This document shows, in pieces, positions 17,950 through 28,139 of a stretch of 64,000 bases of DNA. Origin of the DNA: an uncultured bacterium (GTDB lineage: Bacteria; Acidobacteriota; Thermoanaerobaculia; Multivoradales; JAHZIX01); contig CBDUPA010000010.1 of the NCBI GenBank assembly GCA_965368975.1, positions 1 to 64,000 of the forward strand. Direction: 5' to 3'. The first letter of the stretch is position 1. Each line of letters starts with the position of its first letter. Made by a program: the position numbers and the translations under genes. The notes under the pieces were generated by a model that did no database searches, was not told where the DNA came from, and saw only the letters and a list, made by a program, of their open reading frames with translations.

Positions 17950-20900
17950 TTACTTTCCCACCTCCGCCGACGCCTGGACCAGCGGTAGTTTCCAGCCCTG
18001 GAGCGGCGTGCCTTCGAGGTTCAAGTGGCTCGCGACGTAGTAGAGGCGGTCGGTCTCCGGGGTGGTGAGGCCGGCGGCCTTGGCCTGGGCGGCGAGTTGG
18101 AAGCGTTGGTGGAACCAGGCCGGCATGAAGGCCTGGGAGTAGACGGTCACCCGGACGCTGGCGGGGGTGCCGTCGATGTCTTGCAGTGGGATGCGGTAGG
18201 TCAGCGTGTCTACACCGTTGCTGCTCTGTCCGGTGTAGTCGGGATCCGGCTCGTAGACGCGCTGGTCGGGCTTGCCGTCGTTGTCGAGCGGACGCGGGCC
18301 GATCAGCGGGGCACCGCCCACGACGCTGGGGCCTTCGGGCTGAGTAGCTTCCATGAACTGCAAGAGCACTTCGCCCTGCGCTGGGATGCCGGTCTCGGGG
18401 TCGACCTGCGCAAAGACGGCGGCGGGTACCCAGCCGTCGGGGAGCAGGCGGTTGTCTTTGATGTGGGTGATGCGGTGGATGAAGCTGGTGGTGAAGTTGT
18501 CGTTGGCGTCGAGGATGAGTTCTTCGTAGATCTGCACCTGGTCTTGTCGCGTGATCACCTGGTAGTTGGGCTGGTAGCTGGCGATGTCGTTGCCCGGTGC
18601 GACGGTGTCGAGGAACTCGGTGGGAAGTGGCTTGCCGGTCTTGGGATTGACCAGGATGCCGACACCATTGGCCTTGCCGGAGATCCACAGCACGTTTTCG
18701 TCGGCATCCAAGACAGCGAACTCGACGAAGGCACGGCGGAAGGCGACGCCGCTCGGGAAGCGATGGCCGGTCTGGTTGGTCAGGGTGACGTTGGCGGTCA
18801 GGTTCGTGCCGTCGTTCTCCGGCGCGGTGACGTCGACGGTAACGACGCGCCCTTCCTGGGCCGACAACAAGATGTTCTGGATCGCCAGGTCGGCGCCGTT
18901 GTTGGCACCAGTCTCGTAGTCGCTGGTCGAAACGCCGAGGATGTCCGGGAACTGGCGCACCATCTCGATCATGAAGGCGTTCAGACCGACCAGTTCGTGA
19001 CGAGAATAGTCGTCACGCCGCGGCACTTCCATGTCCTCGGGTGGCACGGCGTTCTCAGCCTCCGGGTAGGTGGAGTCCTGGATCGAGGCGATGCGGGCGG
19101 TCAGGGGCTCGATGTCGATGCTGCCGTCCAGGGACTTGAAGCGGTTGGGCATGTGGCAGTCTTGACAGCTCTGGAAGTCGGGGTTGTCGTCCGGACCGTT
19201 GCCTGGGCCTCGGTTGTAGGTTCCAGGACCGAACTTGGAGTTCAGCCATTCCAAGTACGTCGCCTGTTCGATGCTGTGGCTGTAGTCTTGGAAGGCCGGG
19301 TTGTTCTCGATCGCGGTGAGAACCGGGTATGGATTCTGCGTCTCGCCGATGTTCGGTAGATTGATGGTGTGGCAGGTGCCGCACATGTCCGAGTCACTGG
19401 TAAAGGCGTTGAACTTCGGGGTGATCGCCATGGCGTGCTCCATGGGCACCTCGGTGACGTCGTCGAACGGACCCTCGAGCTGATCGGCAGCGCTACGTTC
19501 GAACTGACCGGTCGTGTTCTCAGCCAGGAAGTAGACGAAAGTATCGCTCCAGAGGCTCTGGTCCGGCTGCGGCAGCCAGTCTTCCTGCTGCCGCGCCCAG
19601 TCCAGGAAGTGCGCGCGACCGACCTTGCCGGCGGGTGTCGTGGCAGGACCGGTGATGTGGTGGCAGACGGTACAGCTGATGCCCTCGCGCGCCAGCGCGC
19701 CGTAGCGGTGGTAGTCGGCGAAGTCGCTGGCACTGGCGTAGGGATAGACCGGGTTCGGCTCGGTGTTGTCGGCGGCGGTGCGCGGCTGCGGCGGGTTGTC
19801 GACCTGCTCCTGGGTCAGCGGCGCGGTGAGGTAGTAGAAGTCGGGGTCGAAGTCCTGGTTCAGCGGGTTGCCGCTGGGTAGGGTCCGATGCATACCGGCA
19901 TCGATCTCCAGCTGGCGCTCGCCCATGGCACCGTGGCAGCTGAGGCAGGTGTCGATCAGCGCGACCTTGTTGTCACGCAGGCTGCCGACCAGCGGGTTCT
20001 TGGTGTCCGGCGGCATGCCTGGCAGCTTGTTGGCGTTCTGGGTCAGCAGGATGAGCTCACTCTCGAGTTGCGCGTGGAAGATTGGGTCGCGCCCCGCCAG
20101 GCCCATGGGTGACCAGCGCCACTCACCGTATTCGGAGATGTTGAAGCCGTCGCCGTATTGCGGCCCGGTCTGCAGGAACATGTTGACTTGGTAGCCGGTG
20201 CCGGTCGGCGGCGAACCGCCGAGACCACCGTGGCAACCCATGCAGTTGTCCGAGGTGATGAACTGGTCGCGGCTGTGGATGCCATCGTCAGCGATGTCGG
20301 GACTCGGGTAGGCGTGGTCGGCGAACTCCCAAGGGAAGGGGCGCACTTGCTCGACCGGAACGCCGCCGCCGAAGTCGGAAAAGGTCTTGAGAAACAGTGG
20401 ATTGGGCTTGTCGAGCGCGTCGTCATCGAGTTCGGCTTCTTCGAAGCGCGTGTGGTGGTCGACGAAGTCGGCCAGTTCGGGATCGCCCGCGAGGAGTTCG
20501 TCGAGCTTGGGATTCTGCTGGCGTAACTGCTCCAGCAATGCCGTCTCTTCCAGCCGGAACGGACGCTGCACGGCGGGGATGTCGAGCAACACCATCAGGC
20601 TCTCGACGTCCGGATCGCCGGCTTCGGTGAGGAAGGTCTCGACCGTCGTGTAGAGCGAGCCGAGGTAGTCCTTGTCGCGCCACGAATCGTCCGAACGGAA
20701 CTGCAGGGGCGCCTCACTGGGCTCGAAGCCATGGATGTTGCGCAGCGCCGAGAAGGTGTTCTCCTTCGCCGCCGAAGCATGACAGCGCACGCAGGTACCG
20801 AGACCGAAGCCCGAGTAGAGGACGTGGGTGTAGTCGTCCTGGTTGGAATCGAGCCAAGCCTCGACGCTCTGATCTTTGCTCTTGCCTCCTGGCCCGGTGT

Positions 20901-21432
20901 AGAACCAACCATCTACCGAATCGCCACCGCGGTCCTTGATGAACACCGCCCAACCGGTCAAGAGCTGTTCGACGAGTTCCTGGTACTGCGCCGGATTGTC
21001 GCGCAGATAGGGATGCCGTTCGAGCTGAGCATAGATCGCGGCGGGCGGCAGGAACATCTCCTTGACGATCACCGCCCCGTCGGCGATCTCACCTTGACGG
21101 CCGCCCTCGAGCCACTCGAGGACCTCCGGCGAGTAGTGCATGCGCACCGCCGGATGGGTGCCGTAGTAGAGCTGGTCAGCGAACGGCCCGGTGTCGCGGA
21201 TCCCCTTGTCCACCGCCCAGCCCAGCGTGACGTACTCCCGCGCCAGCAGCCAGGGGAAGATCTGGTGGCGCTCGTAGTCCTGCAGCGGCATCGAGCTCGG
21301 TGCGGCCAAGCCGGACGAGCTGTGCCAGCCTCCCGCGTCAGCTTGCGCCCATGCCGAGGGCGAGAGCAGGGTGAGGCCACACAGGCAGGTGCAAAGGAGC
21401 AGGCTCCACATACCGCGCACGAATCGTCGCAT
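17950..21432 (-). CDS. Exported multiheme cytochrome c with an N-terminal cytochrome P460-like domain
   Basis: Signal peptide ending AWA-QA. P460-like segment GEIADGAVIVKEMF...GWFY...CVRCH. Five further CxxCH motifs: CMGCH, CLSCH, CTVCH, CGTCH, CQDCH. GGAGG RBS. Confidence 0.85.
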   Translation of the reverse strand: MRRFVRGMWSLLLCTCLCGLTLLSPSAWAQADAGGWHSSSGLAAPSSMPLQDYERHQIFPWLLAREYVTLGWAVDKGIRDTGPFADQLYYGTHPAVRMHYSPEVLEWLEGGRQGEIADGAVIVKEMFLPPAAIYAQLERHPYLRDNPAQYQELVEQLLTGWAVFIKDRGGDSVDGWFYTGPGGKSKDQSVEAWLDSNQDDYTHVLYSGFGLGTCVRCHASAAKENTFSALRNIHGFEPSEAPLQFRSDDSWRDKDYLGSLYTTVETFLTEAGDPDVESLMVLLDIPAVQRPFRLEETALLEQLRQQNPKLDELLAGDPELADFVDHHTRFEEAELDDDALDKPNPLFLKTFSDFGGGVPVEQVRPFPWEFADHAYPSPDIADDGIHSRDQFITSDNCMGCHGGLGGSPPTGTGYQVNMFLQTGPQYGDGFNISEYGEWRWSPMGLAGRDPIFHAQLESELILLTQNANKLPGMPPDTKNPLVGSLRDNKVALIDTCLSCHGAMGERQLEIDAGMHRTLPSGNPLNQDFDPDFYYLTAPLTQEQVDNPPQPRTAADNTEPNPVYPYASASDFADYHRYGALAREGISCTVCHHITGPATTPAGKVGRAHFLDWARQQEDWLPQPDQSLWSDTFVYFLAENTTGQFERSAADQLEGPFDDVTEVPMEHAMAITPKFNAFTSDSDMCGTCHTINLPNIGETQNPYPVLTAIENNPAFQDYSHSIEQATYLEWLNSKFGPGTYNRGPGNGPDDNPDFQSCQDCHMPNRFKSLDGSIDIEPLTARIASIQDSTYPEAENAVPPEDMEVPRRDDYSRHELVGLNAFMIEMVRQFPDILGVSTSDYETGANNGADLAIQNILLSAQEGRVVTVDVTAPENDGTNLTANVTLTNQTGHRFPSGVAFRRAFVEFAVLDADENVLWISGKANGVGILVNPKTGKPLPTEFLDTVAPGNDIASYQPNYQVITRQDQVQIYEELILDANDNFTTSFIHRITHIKDNRLLPDGWVPAAVFAQVDPETGIPAQGEVLLQFMEATQPEGPSVVGGAPLIGPRPLDNDGKPDQRVYEPDPDYTGQSSNGVDTLTYRIPLQDIDGTPASVRVTVYSQAFMPAWFHQRFQLAAQAKAAGLTTPETDRLYYVASHLNLEGTPLQGWKLPLVQASAEVGK

Positions 21433-21525
21433 CGGTCGTCCTCCGAATCGAGATATCTATGTGAATTGAATTGACGACCAAGTGTAGCGCGAAGGCGGTA
21501 GAGCGTCCAGGAGGCTTCGGAGCTG

Positions 21526-22158
21526 CTACCCCACCCTTCGCCCCACCCACCACGCGACGCCAGCCATCACCAGCACCAGGCCGAAGATCAGCACGAACTG
21601 ATCCAGTCCGACCGCCAGCGCGCCGGTCAGGGCGTAGAGCAAGGCGGCGGGGAGGGTGCCGGCGAGGGTGGAGAGGAGGAAGCGGCCCCAGCTCATGGGG
21701 GACGTACCAGCGAGGATCGCGACGCTTTCGGCGAGGATGGGGACGGGGCGGGTGACGATGACGGCGAGGTGGCCCCAGCGGGTCAGCAGGTTGTCGGCGC
21801 GCTGGTGCTCCTCCTCGCTGACCACGCGATGCAGCCAAGGACTGCCGGCGCGACCGAGGTAGAAGCCGAAGGCACCGGCGCCGAGCGCGCCGACGAGACT
21901 CAAGCACGTGCCGAAAACGATGCCAAACAAGGCACCGTGGGCGACCATGATCAGGCTGGCGGGAACGGGTAGCAGGACGTCGACGATTAGCAGCCCAACA
22001 CCGACCAGCGCGGCGAGCCAGCGGCCACCTTCAAGTTGGTCCGCCTCTAACCAAGGCGTCGGATCGGTGAGCAAGGGCACGCGCAGTGCCTCGACGAGGC
22101 CGAAGAGAGCAAGGAAGAGGACGCTCATGCCCAGGAGCAGGAACCAGTAGGTCTTCAT
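21526..22158 (-). CDS. DedA/VTT (SNARE-associated) family membrane protein
   Basis: Start is MKTYWF (ATG 22158). Motifs DVLLPVPAS, HGALFG, TRPVPILAE...AG and several hydrophobic helices. Confidence 0.88.
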   Translation of the reverse strand: MKTYWFLLLGMSVLFLALFGLVEALRVPLLTDPTPWLEADQLEGGRWLAALVGVGLLIVDVLLPVPASLIMVAHGALFGIVFGTCLSLVGALGAGAFGFYLGRAGSPWLHRVVSEEEHQRADNLLTRWGHLAVIVTRPVPILAESVAILAGTSPMSWGRFLLSTLAGTLPAALLYALTGALAVGLDQFVLIFGLVLVMAGVAWWVGRRVG

Positions 22159-22177
22159 GGGTAGACTCTCGCGACCG

Positions 22178-24172
22178 TCAGAGCGTGACGCGTAGGCTGG
22201 CGCGGACGGAGCGGCCGGGAGCGGGGAAACCGATGTAGGTCTCGTAGGCTTCGTCGAGCAGGTTGTCGACCCGCACTTGCAGACGAAGACTGTCCACGGG
22301 CAGACGCCAGCTGGCGCCCAGACCGACGGTAGTGTAGCCGGCGACAGTGGTGAACTGCGGCACGGGGATCTGCTCGTCGCGGCGCTCGGACAGGCGGCGG
22401 GCATCGAGGTGCAGCGTCCAGGTGCCCTCCGGAGACCAGGTCGGCCGCCAGTCAACGCGCAGGCCGCCGGACCACTCGGGGCGCTGGCGCAGGGGCAGGC
22501 CGGTCACATCGTCTTCGACATCCTGGTAGGTGAGGTCGGCGAGCAGGCTCCAGCCCTCGGCCGGGGTCCCCACCGCGCCATGCCAGCCGAACCAGGTCTC
22601 GATACCCTCGGCGCGGACGCGACTGCGGTTGAGGTGGGTGAAGAGTTGGAAGTCGAAGTCGACGAGGTCTTGGTACTCGTGCACGAAGACGCCCACGCCG
22701 CCCTCGGTCCTTCCCCGGCCCGCGCGACCGCCGGAACGCCACTCCAGGGACACGTCGCCGCCGGTCATGATCTCGGGTTCGAGGTCAGGATTACCACCCA
22801 GAGCCGGCGGGCTGGCGAGGGCGAAGAAGCTGGGTAGCTTGAAGGCGCGACCGGCGGACGCGCGCAGGCGCCAGGTGTCGTCGAGCCGGTAGGCGACTCC
22901 GAGGCGGGGACTGAACTGCGAACCCGGATCGTCGCCGGTGGTGCCGGACGAGTCGGGCACGTCGACGCGCGCGCCGAGTTCAACGGTCCAGGCACCGCGC
23001 GCGGCCAGCAACTCGACGGACGCACCCGGCGTGGTGCGCTCGAGGGCGTAGTCGCCCGCAATCGCGCCGCCGAGAAACGGCGGCAGGATCAACACACTCT
23101 GGTTGTCGCCGTCCTCGTGCTCGACATCGGCTCCCAGGCTCAGGCGAACACCGTCGGCGATGTCGTGACTCCAGCTCCAGCCGGCATGCAGCCGCGTGAA
23201 GGTGGTCTCTTCGACCGAGGGCGGCACGAGCGGAAAGACTGCAGGGCTGTCGCGGTCGAGTTGGTGCCGGTAGAGCGACAGGTTCAGGTGGTGCCGGCTA
23301 GCGACGGGTCCGGCGGCGAGTTGCAGCGACAGGCCCAGCTCCTCGTGCTCGGAGGCGCGCAGCGCTCCATCACCGTAGCGAGATCCACCAGAGGCGTCGG
23401 GATAGTCGTCGGCGTCCCAGGCGGTGGCACGGCCGGCCACTTCGAGAGCGACGGGGCGCGCACTCCCCTGCCCCCACTGCCAGCCAGCCTTGCCATGGAG
23501 GTGCAGCTGCTCGAAACGCTCGTCGGCGACGCGCTCAGCCTCTTCCTCCCACGACGCGCCGAGCGCATAACCGGCCCCCTGCAGCAGCACGCGGCCGCCG
23601 AAGAGGTCGCCATCCCCGGCGGTCAGCTCGGCTTCGGTGCGTAGACCGGCTGCGCTCGGCGAAGTGCCCGTGCCAGCGCGCGTCAAGATGTGCACCACAC
23701 CGCCCAAGCCCGTCGAGCCGTAGAAGGACGCGAACGGCCCGCGCACGACCTCGATGCGCTCGATCGCCGACGCTGGCAGTCCTTCGAGGTCGAAGACGCC
23801 ACCGACTTGGTAGGTGCCGTCGTTGACCGGCACGCCATCGACCAGCACGAGCGTGAAATTGGGATCGCCACCCCGGATCTGCGCCACGCTGAGACCGCCG
23901 CGCGTACCGGCCTCGGTCACGGTGACGCCAGGCACATGGCGCAGGGCATCCGCCGCGGTCACCGCACCCAGGCGCTCTACCTCGTCGCGCCCGACGACGG
24001 TCACCGGCGCAGTGGCCGTGGCCAGCGGTCGCGCTTCCACCGTCGCCGTTTCGTAGAAGGTCTCCTGCTCGGCGCCGGTCGCAGCCTCAGCCGGACCGGG
24101 ATGCGCCGTGGTCAGCACTCCACACACGCACACCTGTAGTACCGACACTACGCCCCACCCGGATCGACCCAT
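22178..24172 (-). CDS. TonB-dependent outer-membrane receptor (BtuB/CirA-like)
   Basis: Plug motifs IRGG...LVLVDGVP and IERIEVVRGP.S.FYGS..LGGVV; barrel motifs NPDLEPE, VDNLLDE.Y and PGRSVRASLRVTL; GAGGAG RBS. Confidence 0.93.
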   Translation of the reverse strand: MGRSGWGVVSVLQVCVCGVLTTAHPGPAEAATGAEQETFYETATVEARPLATATAPVTVVGRDEVERLGAVTAADALRHVPGVTVTEAGTRGGLSVAQIRGGDPNFTLVLVDGVPVNDGTYQVGGVFDLEGLPASAIERIEVVRGPFASFYGSTGLGGVVHILTRAGTGTSPSAAGLRTEAELTAGDGDLFGGRVLLQGAGYALGASWEEEAERVADERFEQLHLHGKAGWQWGQGSARPVALEVAGRATAWDADDYPDASGGSRYGDGALRASEHEELGLSLQLAAGPVASRHHLNLSLYRHQLDRDSPAVFPLVPPSVEETTFTRLHAGWSWSHDIADGVRLSLGADVEHEDGDNQSVLILPPFLGGAIAGDYALERTTPGASVELLAARGAWTVELGARVDVPDSSGTTGDDPGSQFSPRLGVAYRLDDTWRLRASAGRAFKLPSFFALASPPALGGNPDLEPEIMTGGDVSLEWRSGGRAGRGRTEGGVGVFVHEYQDLVDFDFQLFTHLNRSRVRAEGIETWFGWHGAVGTPAEGWSLLADLTYQDVEDDVTGLPLRQRPEWSGGLRVDWRPTWSPEGTWTLHLDARRLSERRDEQIPVPQFTTVAGYTTVGLGASWRLPVDSLRLQVRVDNLLDEAYETYIGFPAPGRSVRASLRVTL

Positions 24173-24221
24173 GGCTCCTCCTTCGACCGTGAAATTGTGA
24201 CCTTGCCTTCAGATGACAGTC

Positions 24222-24251
24222 TTGAATTTAGCAGATTCCGCCTGCTATGTT
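24222..24251 (+). promoter_or_regulatory. Candidate sigma70 promoter with an overlapping inverted repeat for the 24388 operon
   Basis: TTGAAT-N18-TATGTT with an extended -10 TG. TAGCAG-N7-CTGCTA (24229-24247) overlaps the spacer. Confidence 0.35.
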
Positions 24252-24387
24252 GGACCTGTCAACATTCCAAGCTTTCGCAGCCAACCGTCCCTGCTCGGCG
24301 ACGGAATTCAGTGTCTACCCAAGTAGTGCACCCTGCCGAGACCATCTGGAGAGACCCGGCGCCAATGCCAGCTCCCAAGGAGAGACC

Positions 24388-26403
24388 ATGAGCTTCCTCG
24401 ACCTACCTCGCCTGCAGTTCAGCGGCCTGTTCTTCACCGCTCCCAGCACGATCAACAACTACATCGGCAGCTACGACGAGAACGTCCAGTTGCAGAACAG
24501 CTCGGGTCAGTTCCTCGACAACGGCCCCGGCGGTGGCCCTTCCGGCTGGAACGCGACCGGCGTCGCTCAGACGTACCTCACCGAGTGCACCGTGATGAGC
24601 GGCGTCAACGAGACGGGCACCGTGGTCAATTCCGCCAGCACCGACCCGGTGATCGGCGCCGCCGTCGAGTCGCCGAGCCCCGCGACGCCGCAGAAGACGC
24701 CGGACGGCGACGGCTTCTACGACCTGGCCAAGCTGGTCGACCTAGACCCGATGCAGCAGCTGCGCTCGCGCGGCTACGGCATGCGCATTGCGGTCGACTT
24801 GCCCGGCGGCGCGGGCGGCTTCTCGGGGCTGCTGTCGGTGCCGGAGCTGCGCTACATGGCGGGCCGCGTGCCGATCCGCTGGGGCAGCTGGGCCGCCATC
24901 GGCACCTGGATGGGACGCATCGCCGACGTCGACTGGCACGGGGACATCTCCGGCTCACCGCTGCTGGTCAAGCTGCAGCAGGAGTCGGCGGCGTACGGTA
25001 TCTCGGTCAAGATCGCCATGGATCTGCACCAGAACGCGTCGCAGACGCGCAACTATCCGACTGATCTCTTCTGCTACGGACGCGTGCTGGGCGCCATCGG
25101 TCCGGCCTACGAGGGCGAGCTCGACCAGGTGGTACCCGGACGGGTGCTGTGGACGCCACCGGCACCCACGCCGGAGGCCGTTCCCGAGGCCGCGGCTGCT
25201 CCCGAGGAGGCGGCCAGCGCCCATGCTCAGAATCTGGCCGGCACCATCGGTCAGAGCATCGACGAGCGCATGAAGGCCAACGAGGAGTTGAAGAAGACGG
25301 TCAGCGATGGCAGCGGCACCGACAGCGGCGACGGCTCGTTCAGCGCCGAAGCAGCCGGAGGCGACACCTCGATCCCGTGGAACGGCGCCTTCGCCCTGGT
25401 GCGCGACGTCGGCGGCACCTCGATGCTGCACCTGGACCTGAGCTGGGCTATCACCCTGCAGTACCAGTGGCAAGACCTGAAGCTCCAGGGCTCCGCCGGC
25501 CCCACGACGCGCCTGCCGACGTCGAACGGCAAGTTCGTGGTCAACGACGACATCCAGGTCGGGGTGCTGAACGGTGGCGCGGTGCAGCCGCTGCAGAACG
25601 GCGCCATCAGCTTCAGCGATCAGTACGTGTGGCACGACGCCCAGACCAAGGCTGTCTACCTGCTCGGGAACAGCGCCATGGTCACCATCCCCCTGACTGC
25701 GGCGGAGGCGACGCTGGTGGCGAGCAATCCGCTCGTGATCAGCGCCAACGGCACACCGATGCTGCAGGAGCCGTCGGACGGCTACTACATGGACCTGTCG
25801 CTGACCAGTCTGCGCCTGTACGCCGGCACCCAGACGCAGCTGCAGGTGATGGCGCGCCAGTGGGGTCGACCCATCGTCGACCAGCAGCCGGTGCGCTGGC
25901 AGATGCAGGTGACCGACGAGAGCCGAAAGCCCAAGCCGACACAGGACATCACCATCGCCTACGCCGGCAGCACCGACGCCAACGGCATCGCCACTCTGAC
26001 CGCCAAGGCGGTCGACCAGGCGGTCACGCTACCGCCGATCCGCCAGCCCCTCGACAGCCAGATCTACTTCGGCGTCTTCGTCGACCCGACGAGCACGCCG
26101 ATCGGTGACGGCAGCAGCAACTACAACCTGTCGGTGCTGTTCTGGCCTCCCTTCACGGCCCCGAGCAACCCCACCTGGGACGCCGACGTCGGGCCGATCC
26201 TGGAAGCCTACGCGCGTCTCTACCCCGGCATGAAGGGGCGCCTGGACATCGGCGACGAGACCACCGTCAAGGGTTTCGCCGGCGCCATGTACGGCCGCAT
26301 GTCCCTGCCCTTCGACGACCCGGCCTACATGCCCGTCACACGCGACCTGGCGCCACCCAAGGTCAAGATGATCCTCGACTGGTTGAAGCCGTTCACGCCC
26401 TGA
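24388..26403 (+). CDS. Hypothetical protein resembling the N-terminal region of VioB/StaD/RebD (paralog 1)
   Basis: ATG 24388 follows AAGGAG. N-terminus MSFLDLPRLQFSG; motifs AKLVDLDP, YARLYPGM and YMPVTRDL recall the VioB family. No C-terminal ferritin-like domain. The CDS is secure; the family call is tentative. Confidence 0.7.
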   Translation: MSFLDLPRLQFSGLFFTAPSTINNYIGSYDENVQLQNSSGQFLDNGPGGGPSGWNATGVAQTYLTECTVMSGVNETGTVVNSASTDPVIGAAVESPSPATPQKTPDGDGFYDLAKLVDLDPMQQLRSRGYGMRIAVDLPGGAGGFSGLLSVPELRYMAGRVPIRWGSWAAIGTWMGRIADVDWHGDISGSPLLVKLQQESAAYGISVKIAMDLHQNASQTRNYPTDLFCYGRVLGAIGPAYEGELDQVVPGRVLWTPPAPTPEAVPEAAAAPEEAASAHAQNLAGTIGQSIDERMKANEELKKTVSDGSGTDSGDGSFSAEAAGGDTSIPWNGAFALVRDVGGTSMLHLDLSWAITLQYQWQDLKLQGSAGPTTRLPTSNGKFVVNDDIQVGVLNGGAVQPLQNGAISFSDQYVWHDAQTKAVYLLGNSAMVTIPLTAAEATLVASNPLVISANGTPMLQEPSDGYYMDLSLTSLRLYAGTQTQLQVMARQWGRPIVDQQPVRWQMQVTDESRKPKPTQDITIAYAGSTDANGIATLTAKAVDQAVTLPPIRQPLDSQIYFGVFVDPTSTPIGDGSSNYNLSVLFWPPFTAPSNPTWDADVGPILEAYARLYPGMKGRLDIGDETTVKGFAGAMYGRMSLPFDDPAYMPVTRDLAPPKVKMILDWLKPFTP

Positions 26404-26457
26404 TGCTGCCCGAGCTTGTAGACCCAGCCCAACTGTAGACAGCCTTTGGAGATCGCC

Positions 26458-28110
26458 ATGAAACGCCTATTCGCATCCTCGTTCCTGAACGCCCTGCTAC
26501 TGACCTGCATCGTCTTGGCCAGCGCCTGCGGAGGCGGCACCGACACCCCCCACGACGGCGCCCAAACCTACCTGGTCGAGCCGGAAGCTGCCAGCGGCGA
26601 CGTCCCCTACACTCTGGCGCTGGCCACTTCCGCCATCGACGGCTATCCGGGGCTACACTCCTTCGCCTTCGCCGGCACTGCCGACAAGGTGGTCTTGCTG
26701 GCCGGGCGTACCAACGGCCTGCACGGCTTCGCTCCGTCGCGCCAGGCAGCGACCCATCCGTCGTTCCCCGAGGCGTACGCCAACGACACGGTCTACGTGC
26801 TCGACCTCACCACCAACACGCTGCTCGGCTCGGCCAAGGTGAACGGATTGCCCGCGCCGTATGTCCAGCAGTTCAAGGCATCGAACACCCAGTACCTCCT
26901 CGACGGCGACTTTCTCTACATCATCGGTGGCTACGGCGAGCAACCACCCACCGCGACCAGCGCCGGCGGCGGCCTGCTCACCTTGCCCTACATCACTGCC
27001 GTCGACTTCGACGCCCTGGTCACCACCGTCACCAGCGGCGGCACTCTCGACGCCAGCTTCGCCAGTGCCCACATGGCCAACTTCCAGCATCCGGCCCTGG
27101 CGATCACCGGCGGTGATCTGCAAGTGCTCGACGGTCGCTTCCTGCTGATCTACGGCCACCAGTTCGACGGTGAGTACAGCCTCGGTGGTGGGCAAGCGTT
27201 CCAGGAGTACAGCAACAGCGTGCGCGTGTTCACGGTCAGCGCAAGCACGACTGGTAGCAGCGTCAACCTGGACGTCGACTACCAGGGATCGGACCCGACC
27301 GTCACCTCCGGCATGGATCCGGACAACCCCTTCCACCGTCGCGATTTGACCGTCAAGCCGGCGCAGGCGCCGGACGGCAGCCCGCGCATCGGCGTCTACG
27401 GCGGCGTGTTCAAGGGTGGCCGCATGGAAGGTTACGTGCACCCGATCTACATCACCAGCGATAGCAGCCAGCCGCTCGGCATCGCCACACCCACGGAAGA
27501 CACCAGCGCCACCCAGCTGCTGAGTCAGTACGACTGCGCCACGATCCAGGTCTACAGCGCTTCGCGCTCGGCCATGTACAGCACCTTCTTCGGCGGCATG
27601 AGCTACTACGACTGGGATGCCACCGCCAGCTGCCTGAAGCACGACACGCTCGACTTGAACAACTTCGTCGACGGCCTGCCCTTCATCAACAGTGTCTCGA
27701 CCCTGCGCGTGACGAGCGCAGACACCAAGCAATTCCTGGACAGCAACCTGACCTTCGCTCCGACCGGCGGCATCCCGCAGTGCCAGGGGGTCAACCCCGA
27801 TGGTTCACCTGTCACCGTCGAGGCGCCGTACCTGGGCTCCGAGTCGAAGTTCGTGCCGATCACCGGCTTGCCGATGAGGAATGGCGTACTGCAGCTCGAC
27901 CAGCTGTCCGAGCGGACCGTCATCGGCTACCTGGTCGGCGGTATCGCGTCGAACATGCCCTACGGCTCGAACCCGAACGAGGGAGTCACCTGCGCCTCCA
28001 ACCTGGTCTACATGGTGAGCATCGACCCGACCACCGCCTCCCAGACCGTCGAACCGACGCTGTGCCCGACGCCCTCCGACGAAGCCACCCCCGCCAACCC
28101 GGACGCCTGA
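26458..28110 (+). CDS. Lipoprotein with kelch-like beta-propeller repeats
   Basis: ATG 26458 follows GGAG. Lipobox LASA-C. Kelch-like GG motifs: LLAGRTNGLH, LYIIGGYG, AITGG, VYGGVF, FFGGMS, LVGGI. Confidence 0.75.
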   Translation: MKRLFASSFLNALLLTCIVLASACGGGTDTPHDGAQTYLVEPEAASGDVPYTLALATSAIDGYPGLHSFAFAGTADKVVLLAGRTNGLHGFAPSRQAATHPSFPEAYANDTVYVLDLTTNTLLGSAKVNGLPAPYVQQFKASNTQYLLDGDFLYIIGGYGEQPPTATSAGGGLLTLPYITAVDFDALVTTVTSGGTLDASFASAHMANFQHPALAITGGDLQVLDGRFLLIYGHQFDGEYSLGGGQAFQEYSNSVRVFTVSASTTGSSVNLDVDYQGSDPTVTSGMDPDNPFHRRDLTVKPAQAPDGSPRIGVYGGVFKGGRMEGYVHPIYITSDSSQPLGIATPTEDTSATQLLSQYDCATIQVYSASRSAMYSTFFGGMSYYDWDATASCLKHDTLDLNNFVDGLPFINSVSTLRVTSADTKQFLDSNLTFAPTGGIPQCQGVNPDGSPVTVEAPYLGSESKFVPITGLPMRNGVLQLDQLSERTVIGYLVGGIASNMPYGSNPNEGVTCASNLVYMVSIDPTTASQTVEPTLCPTPSDEATPANPDA

Positions 28111-28139
28111 GACGCCCGCGCGTGATCTGAGAGGACAAG

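Noticed and set aside
24173-24387. Cobalamin riboswitch upstream of the BtuB-like receptor
   Set aside because: I found no B12-box or other conserved riboswitch elements by eye, so the receptor substrate is left unassigned.
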